Positions 26,483-32,000 of a stretch of DNA of 32,000 nt are shown here, piece after piece. Location of the stretch: NCBI GenBank assembly GCA_021654395.1, contig AP024486.1:120001-152000 (forward strand), in the 5' to 3' direction. This DNA is from Candidatus Saccharimonadota bacterium (GTDB taxonomy: Archaea; Micrarchaeota; Micrarchaeia; Micrarchaeales; Micrarchaeaceae). The number at the start of each line of letters is the position of its first letter. Within the stretch, counting starts at the first letter, position 1. Made by a program: the position numbers and the translations under genes. The notes beneath the pieces are model-generated. The model was given only the letters and a program-made list of their open reading frames with translations, searched no databases and was not told the DNA's origin.

Positions 26483-26514
26483 TAATTATTATTTTTTAAC
26501 ATTTATCTATTATT

Positions 26515-27519
26515 ATGGATTTAGGGCTATCAGATATAATAGAGTTAGGCATAGCTTTACTCTTAGCTCTAGCTTTAATATTTATATCTGTATCAGTAAT
26601 ACAGGGCTTATCTTTTAGATATGGAATAGCTGCAGAAGAGGCTTATATATTAAGCAACTCTTCTATTAACAGTACTGCTTTAATGAAGGCTAATCAGAGC
26701 TATACATCTACTTTAATTACCTTAAATAGTACATTAGCAGTCACTATCACTGCATTAAGACTTGGAATAGATCTTGCATTTATAATGCTATTCTCTAGCT
26801 TAGTTATACTATTAGCTTATACATCTACTGCAATCCATATAATGTCTAATCTCTTTAAGAGAACCTCCAAGTATATACTTGTAGCTATTATCTCCTCTAT
26901 TATATATATTATGTCGTTTATATTTATCAATCTAGAGTATCAGTATACATTTACGCTATTAACTATTATAACATTAGCATCTGCCTCAATTATAATTGGA
27001 ATTAGTGTACAGCTGCTTCTATATGGCAGATCTTCTAGCAATAGATATCTTAGCAGCATAAAGATATCACCTAATGAACCATATTCAAATATCATAAAGC
27101 TTAGAGATGCTCTATTTAATAGATTTAAAGGAAGCATAAGCTTACTCGACAAGCATTTTAATAGTACTGCCCTAGAGAATCTATATAGATTGCTCTCTGA
27201 TAACGGTAATATAGGTAGTATAAGGGTAATAACGTCTAAGGAGATGCTTGATAATAGATTCTATGAGGACTATAAAGATATAAAGAGAGAGTTTGAGAAT
27301 AGAGGAATAAGCTTTAATATCTATATAATGAATGACAGAGTTGCAGAGGAGCAGCATGAGAGATTTATATTTGATTCAGAAGTAGCATATAAGATACCAC
27401 CATTAAATATAATAAATAAGAAGAGCGAGCATATAGTAAGAATGCCTCTTAGAGATGCAGAGGAGAGATTTAAAGAGGTACTAAGCACATCCACGAAGAT
27501 AGAGAATCTAAAGCAGTAG
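26515..27519 (+). CDS. polytopic membrane protein with C-terminal MIT_C/PLD-like ('HxR') domain
   Basis: 334 aa. ~4 TM helices in residues 1-170, plus sequons in the first loop. The C-terminal ~150 aa, 'ISLLDKHF...IGSIRVITS...YKDIKREFENRGISFNIYI...QHERFIFDSEVAYKIPPLNII', parallels the human MITD1 C-terminal domain block order (see findings). Confidence 0.6.
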   Translation: MDLGLSDIIELGIALLLALALIFISVSVIQGLSFRYGIAAEEAYILSNSSINSTALMKANQSYTSTLITLNSTLAVTITALRLGIDLAFIMLFSSLVILLAYTSTAIHIMSNLFKRTSKYILVAIISSIIYIMSFIFINLEYQYTFTLLTIITLASASIIIGISVQLLLYGRSSSNRYLSSIKISPNEPYSNIIKLRDALFNRFKGSISLLDKHFNSTALENLYRLLSDNGNIGSIRVITSKEMLDNRFYEDYKDIKREFENRGISFNIYIMNDRVAEEQHERFIFDSEVAYKIPPLNIINKKSEHIVRMPLRDAEERFKEVLSTSTKIENLKQ

Positions 27520-27520
27520 A

Positions 27521-27808
27521 TTATCTGCGATATCTTATCTTAGTATCTTTATTTATAGATGCATTAAGCATTCCATTGAAAGTTGTTATATAAGCATTCT
27601 CTATATCTACAGTATAGCCGATATCTATCTTAAAGGCATTCTCTCCAAACAACGGTACTCTTATCTTACCACTATCATCCTCTATTATTATCTCCGCAAA
27701 TCCTGTTCTCTTTCCAAACTTAGTAACTATCTCTCTTATAGGGCTTTTACTTATGACCTTACCGCTTATACTAGCATAGGAGTTAATAGATAGCTCAGAT
27801 ATCTTCAT
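27521..27808 (-). CDS. single OB-fold nucleic-acid-binding protein (short RPA/SSB-like)
   Basis: 95 aa. 'ISGKVISKSPIREIVTKFGKRTGFAEIIIEDDSGKIRVPLFGENAF...GYTVDIENAYITTFNG' fits the typical RPA-type OB-fold strand pattern. Confidence 0.6.
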   Translation of the reverse strand: MKISELSINSYASISGKVISKSPIREIVTKFGKRTGFAEIIIEDDSGKIRVPLFGENAFKIDIGYTVDIENAYITTFNGMLNASINKDTKIRYRR

Positions 27809-27840
27809 ATTTACACTAAATTAATTATTGAAAATAAAGA

Positions 27841-27857
27841 TATAAAAGCTTTAATTT
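27841..27857 (+). promoter_or_regulatory. BRE/TATA-like box upstream of valS
   Basis: 'TATAAAAGCTTTAATTT' begins 53 nt upstream of ATG 27894. It shares an exact 14-mer with 24781-24794. Confidence 0.4.
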
Positions 27858-27893
27858 TATCTTATCTAAATTTAATATTATCTTAGTGATATT

Positions 27894-30308
27894 ATGTATA
27901 ATATAGAGATAGATAATAAATGGAATCAGAGATGGATAAACGATAAGCGCTTTAAGTTTGATCCAGAATCAGATAAGCCCGTATTTGTAATAGATACGCC
28001 GCCACCATTCACAACTGGAGAGCTACATATGGGACATGTATACTGGGTCACTTACGCTGACTCTTTAGCAAGATATATGAGACTTAAAGGTTATAATGTT
28101 TTATATCCGCAGGGATGGGACGCAAAGGGCTTCCCGACAGAGATAGCTGTTGAGAAGAAGTATGGCAGATCCCTATCTAGAGATGAGTTCTACAAAAGAT
28201 GTGAAGAGATCTCCTCTCAGAATATAAAGCTGATGAAGGATCAGATGAGGCAGCTAGGAGCTACATTCGATGAGAGCTATGAGTATAACACACTAAGTAA
28301 GGATTACATAAGAAAGGTCCAGCTCTCATTAATATATATGTTTAATAAAGGGCTTATATATAAGGCAATGCACCCAGTAGACTGGTGCCCTCATTGTGTA
28401 TCTTCTATAGCTAAAGCAGAGGAAGAGGATCTTGAAGAAGAGACAGATCTTAACTACATATCATTCAGCCTAGAAGATAATAAAGAGCTTATTATAGCAA
28501 CAACAAGACCTGAGCTGATGCATGCATGTGTTGCTATAGCAGTAAATCCAGAGGATAGCAGATATAAGGATTATATAGGAAAGGATGTTATAATACCATT
28601 ATATAACAGAAAGGTAAAGATAATAGCCGATGAGATTGTAGATAAAGAGTTTGGAACTGGAGCGGAGATGATATGTACGTATGGAGATAAGAATGATCTT
28701 ATTATAGTTAAGAAGCATAATCTTAACTTTATAGATGCATTGACAGAGGATGGAAGGATAAAGAACTCTGGACTATATGATAACTTAACAGCTCAGGATG
28801 CAAGAAAGAAGATAATAGAGGAGTTAAAAGCAAAAGGCCTACTAAAGAAGGTAGAGAAGATAAAGCATAGCGTTAGAATACATGATAGATGTAAGACCAA
28901 GATAGAGCTATTGAATAGAGAGCAGATGTTTATAAAGATTAAAGAGTTTATACCGAAGATAAAGGAGGTTGCTGCATCTATAAGATGGATACCAGAGCAC
29001 CTTATACATAGATTAAACAACTGGGCAGATAGTCTAGAATGGGACTGGAATATATCAAGAAATAGAATATTTGGCACACCTCTACCATTCTGGATATGCA
29101 ATAACTGTAAGAACATAATACCTGCTGCTGAAGAGCAGCTTCCAGTTAACCCAATAGTTGATAAGCCGCCCGTTGAGAGATGTCCTATATGTAACTCAAA
29201 TGATATCATACCAGAGACAAGCACTGCCGATGTATGGATAGACTCATCAATTACGCCATTAATCATATCTGGATGGCCTGATTCAAAGCTATTTGATAGG
29301 CTATATCCTGCATCTATAAGAATACAAGGTACAGATATAATAAGAACATGGGCATTCTATACAATATTCAGAAGTAGCTTTATTAGCGGAGATAAACCGT
29401 TTGAAAGCCTACTTATACATGGAATGATACTTGGACCTGATGGAAGGCAGATGCATAAAAGCTGGGGCAATGGAGTCTATCCTAGTGAGCTATTACAGAA
29501 GTATCCAGTAGATGCGATAAGACTCTGGGTAGCGCTAAGTGGAAGCATAGGTAGCGATAAGATCTTCTCATATAAAGATATGGAGTATGCAAAGAGATTC
29601 TTGAATAAGTTAGAGAACTCTATAAACTTTATAAGCAGATTTATTAAAGGCTTTGATAAAGATGAGAATAGTATAAAGGATGAGTTTAATCTGTTTGATA
29701 TCGCAATACTTAGCAAGTTTAATGATATAGTTGAGATAGTTGAAAGAGCTTATGACTCTTATGATATAAATACTGCAATGACGCAGCTTGTAAACTTTTA
29801 TTGGCATGACTTCTGTGATTACTATATAGAGAATATTAAGCACAGAGTCTATAATGACTCTAGAGATAAAGATGCTGCGGTATTCACATTAAGATATATA
29901 GCAAACAACTCCCTAATACTATTCGCTCCAGTAATACCACACATAGTTGAGGAGCTATATACTACAGTTTTTGAGAGAAGCGTATTTGATCAGAGCCTAC
30001 CAAAGTTTGTTGAAAACAGAGAAGAACTAACATACGCAATAAATGGTATTGTCTTCAGAAGTGCGGAGATAGAGGTTCCTATAGAATCTATAGGAGATGC
30101 ATTAAACTCTATTATATCTGCTGTAAGGCAAGCAAAGACAAAGAATAAGATATCGCTCAACGAGCCTATTAAGTCAGTAAATATTAAGGCTAATGAGGAG
30201 CTGATTAGGTATATAGAGCTCGTAAAAGACGATATAGCAAAGATCTGCAAGAGTAATAATGTAAATATAGAAAAAGGAGAAGGACTAAATGTCTCTATAG
30301 AGCTATGA
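27894..30308 (+). CDS. valS: valine--tRNA ligase
   Basis: 804 aa. 'PPPFTTGELHMGH' (HIGH), 'VDWCPHCVSSIAKAEEE', 'ATTRPELMHACVAIAVNPED', and 'QMHKSWGN' in the KMSKS position. Length and the editing-domain blocks fit ValRS better than Leu/IleRS. Confidence 0.87.
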   Translation: MYNIEIDNKWNQRWINDKRFKFDPESDKPVFVIDTPPPFTTGELHMGHVYWVTYADSLARYMRLKGYNVLYPQGWDAKGFPTEIAVEKKYGRSLSRDEFYKRCEEISSQNIKLMKDQMRQLGATFDESYEYNTLSKDYIRKVQLSLIYMFNKGLIYKAMHPVDWCPHCVSSIAKAEEEDLEEETDLNYISFSLEDNKELIIATTRPELMHACVAIAVNPEDSRYKDYIGKDVIIPLYNRKVKIIADEIVDKEFGTGAEMICTYGDKNDLIIVKKHNLNFIDALTEDGRIKNSGLYDNLTAQDARKKIIEELKAKGLLKKVEKIKHSVRIHDRCKTKIELLNREQMFIKIKEFIPKIKEVAASIRWIPEHLIHRLNNWADSLEWDWNISRNRIFGTPLPFWICNNCKNIIPAAEEQLPVNPIVDKPPVERCPICNSNDIIPETSTADVWIDSSITPLIISGWPDSKLFDRLYPASIRIQGTDIIRTWAFYTIFRSSFISGDKPFESLLIHGMILGPDGRQMHKSWGNGVYPSELLQKYPVDAIRLWVALSGSIGSDKIFSYKDMEYAKRFLNKLENSINFISRFIKGFDKDENSIKDEFNLFDIAILSKFNDIVEIVERAYDSYDINTAMTQLVNFYWHDFCDYYIENIKHRVYNDSRDKDAAVFTLRYIANNSLILFAPVIPHIVEELYTTVFERSVFDQSLPKFVENREELTYAINGIVFRSAEIEVPIESIGDALNSIISAVRQAKTKNKISLNEPIKSVNIKANEELIRYIELVKDDIAKICKSNNVNIEKGEGLNVSIEL

Positions 30309-30311
30309 TGC

Positions 30312-31424
30312 TTATAAGACCTTCGGAGTATCATCTATTAGTATATCATCTTCTATTCTTACTCCGAATCTTCCGTTTATATATATACCTGGTTCGTTGC
30401 TAAATACGCTATTCTTCTGTAGCATTACGCTTTCTCTTGCTCTATAGTTACTTATAACTACTGTATCAGAGTCGTGAACATTTAAACCTATGCTATGTCC
30501 TAAAGAATGAATATTTGAGAAGCTATACTTGGCGAACTTTCCATCTTTATAGTTACTTATAATCTTTGCTGCTACTCCAGCTGGCTTTTTGTTGTTATAT
30601 CTTGGGGTCATATATCTTAAAGCTTCTTGCTGAGCTTTGTAAACTAGACTATGCACTTCCTCAAATAGCTTGTACTTTGATGAGCTTTTATCTGGCTTGA
30701 ATATTATAGTTCTTGTTATATCACCACAGTAGTTGTTGTACTTAGCTCCAGCGTCTATTAGTACAACGCTATTCTCTTTAAGCTTTTTATCAGAAGGCAT
30801 ATGATGTGGCATAGCAGAGTTTTCATCTATTGCTACTATTGTGTCAAAAGCAAGCTCCATTACTCCATTGTTAATAAGGTTCTTACGAAAGATAACCTCT
30901 ATATCCTTTTCAGTTAATCCAGGTCTTAACTCGTTGAAGGTCTCTTCAATTGTCTTTTTTGTTATATCTGCCGCCTTACTTATATTATCTATCTCATAAG
31001 AATCTTTTATAAGTCTAATTGAAGATAACAGATTAGTTACATCTACGATCTCTTTAACATCTAAATTATTCTTTATTGCGTCTATTGTGTACCTAGAATG
31101 CATAAAGCTTATTCCAACAGTATCCTTTTTATCTATTATAGCACTTAAAGGCTTATTTGAAAGAACCTCTAAATTATCTAATGAATAAAGCTCTTTATTG
31201 TAAATAGCTATATCTTTCTCTAGCGGGCTTGTATCGAGATATACTAACTTATTTTTTAGATCTATTATAATATAATTAAGCTCAAATACACCATCATTAA
31301 AGAGCTTCCAATACTGAAAATCTTCCTTTGTATTTGGCTCATTTCTTATTACTATCTTATCTATACTTGCTGCTTGCTCTGATAGCCTTTTAATTCTATT
31401 ATATAGTATAGATCTTAGATCCAT
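30312..31424 (-). CDS. M24B family Xaa-Pro peptidase
   Basis: 370 aa. 'VLIDAGAKYNNYCGDITRT', 'HSLGHSIGLNVHD', 'VFSNEPGIY' and 'GVRIEDDILI' are the pita-bread metal ligands. Confidence 0.88.
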   Translation of the reverse strand: MDLRSILYNRIKRLSEQAASIDKIVIRNEPNTKEDFQYWKLFNDGVFELNYIIIDLKNKLVYLDTSPLEKDIAIYNKELYSLDNLEVLSNKPLSAIIDKKDTVGISFMHSRYTIDAIKNNLDVKEIVDVTNLLSSIRLIKDSYEIDNISKAADITKKTIEETFNELRPGLTEKDIEVIFRKNLINNGVMELAFDTIVAIDENSAMPHHMPSDKKLKENSVVLIDAGAKYNNYCGDITRTIIFKPDKSSSKYKLFEEVHSLVYKAQQEALRYMTPRYNNKKPAGVAAKIISNYKDGKFAKYSFSNIHSLGHSIGLNVHDSDTVVISNYRARESVMLQKNSVFSNEPGIYINGRFGVRIEDDILIDDTPKVL

Positions 31425-31454
31425 TAATAATCATAAAGATTAAAAATTTAATAA

Positions 31455-32000
31455 TTAGCAGCTATTATTCTGACTATGTGTTAGCTTTATAGATAAGTTT
31501 GCTAATGTATCTTCTGTACCTATAACTCTTATATTATAGCAGCTATTGTTTACTGGATGTAGTATAAATGCTGGTGGTAGTCTTCTTATTATTGGTAAGC
31601 ATCTTACAACTACAGACCCATTTGCTATAGATGAATTGGCATTTAGCTTTGCGTAGCATGTTGTGATTGCGCTTCTATTTATTCCTTCTAACTCACTCTC
31701 TGGTTGGTATAAAGAGATAAAGCCTTTGAATACTAACGTAACGTTTGCACCAGGTGCTAACATATATCCTTCCTCTTCGCCTTCACCTCTATAGTCAAAT
31801 GGTAGCTGTAATGCTCCGCTACTATTTACTAAGAAGTTTATAGATCTTAATCTTTCTAGATTTAATATCGCTGTAAGATTAGACTTAACTGCTCTTGTTA
31901 CTGTAGAGTTATTAGCTAGACTTATATATGCACTGGCTTCAACGTCAAGCTCTGATTCATTAGTGGCCATCCTTGCAAGTTTTTCTATATCATCAAGCTT
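31455..32000 (-). CDS. hypothetical secreted/surface glycoprotein, possibly 5'-truncated by window edge
   Basis: The track starts at ATG 31970, but the frame stays open to 32000 (upstream codons KLDDIEKLAR). The protein has roughly ten N-x-S/T sequons and 4 Cys. No family recognised. Confidence 0.45.
   Translation of the reverse strand, partial: KLDDIEKLARMATNESELDVEASAYISLANNSTVTRAVKSNLTAILNLERLRSINFLVNSSGALQLPFDYRGEGEEEGYMLAPGANVTLVFKGFISLYQPESELEGINRSAITTCYAKLNANSSIANGSVVVRCLPIIRRLPPAFILHPVNNSCYNIRVIGTEDTLANLSIKLTHSQNNSC

Noticed and set aside
28793-29266. 157-aa minus-strand ORF inside valS, and similar antisense ORFs (e.g. 899-1168, 1685-2221, 3311-3910, 6368-6610, 7025-7318, 8053-8307, 8818-9021, 9420-9731, 10012-10729, 11495-11743, 12360-12548, 15861-16079, 16715-16900, 17110-17298, 20258-20452, 21141-22096, 24836-25030, 25667-25885, 26940-27152, 29477-30334)
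   Set aside because: All lie antisense to genes with strong family signatures. Their products are Leu/Ser/Ile-rich low-complexity strings, as expected from reverse-complemented AGA/GAT/AAG/GAG-rich codons. They have no motifs and no SD/promoter context.
27894-30308. Alternative call as leucyl- or isoleucyl-tRNA synthetase
   Set aside because: The length (804 aa), the 'ATTRPE' editing-domain block and the 'WCPxC' motif arrangement fit ValRS. Archaeal LeuRS and IleRS are substantially longer.
1-32000. CRISPR arrays, transposases/IS elements, integrases, prophage or classic defence-system genes
   Set aside because: I saw no regularly spaced direct repeats, no recognisable transposase/integrase/Cas motifs in any listed ORF, and no duplicated tRNA 3' fragment near tRNA-Phe. 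The window reads as core chromosome.

Overview
AT-rich, very compact archaeal chromosomal segment. Genes abut or overlap by 1-20 nt, several with ATGA stop/start overlaps. Starts are preceded by GGTG/GAGGTG Shine-Dalgarno motifs, and transcription units by BRE/TATA-like 'RAAAG(C/T)TTTAA' boxes. The organism cannot be named from sequence; small proteins, dense N-glycosylation sequons and tight packing suggest a small-genome, possibly DPANN-like or acidophilic, archaeon (weak inference). Most content is core housekeeping. Translation: EF-1alpha + S10, L7Ae-S28e-L24e, tRNA-Phe(GAA) with an intron, RNase P proteins Rpp30/Pop5, TrpRS, ValRS. Transcription: RNA polymerase subunit K. Replication and repair: Orc1/Cdc6, RFC large subunit, a RecJ/Cdc45-like DHH protein, an OB-fold protein, Hef helicase + Hjc. 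Heat shock: a wHTH-grpE-dnaK-dnaJ operon divergent from hsp20. Lipid and glycan genes: a geranylgeranyl-reductase-like flavoprotein and two GT2 glycosyltransferases. Also two metallopeptidases (M20, M24) and a radical-SAM enzyme. I saw no CRISPR array, transposase, integrase, rRNA or obvious defence island. Three small or partial genes are missing from the ORF track: rpoK, rpl24e and a left-edge partial ORF. Best novelty candidates, all from by-eye motif and pattern matching and needing profile/structure searches: (1) a four-CBS protein whose C-terminus resembles the bacterial HPF/RaiA ribosome-hibernation fold; (2) a polytopic membrane protein with a MIT_C/PLD-like 'HxR' cytosolic domain; (3) a co-directional cluster of a pilin-like protein, a small TPR/MIT-like protein, a KaiC-like ATPase and a Cys-rich repeat glycoprotein; (4) a nuclease-less Hef helicase 2 nt from Hjc; (5) a quasi-symmetric bidirectional heat-shock promoter with a wHTH regulator in the position HrcA holds in bacteria.
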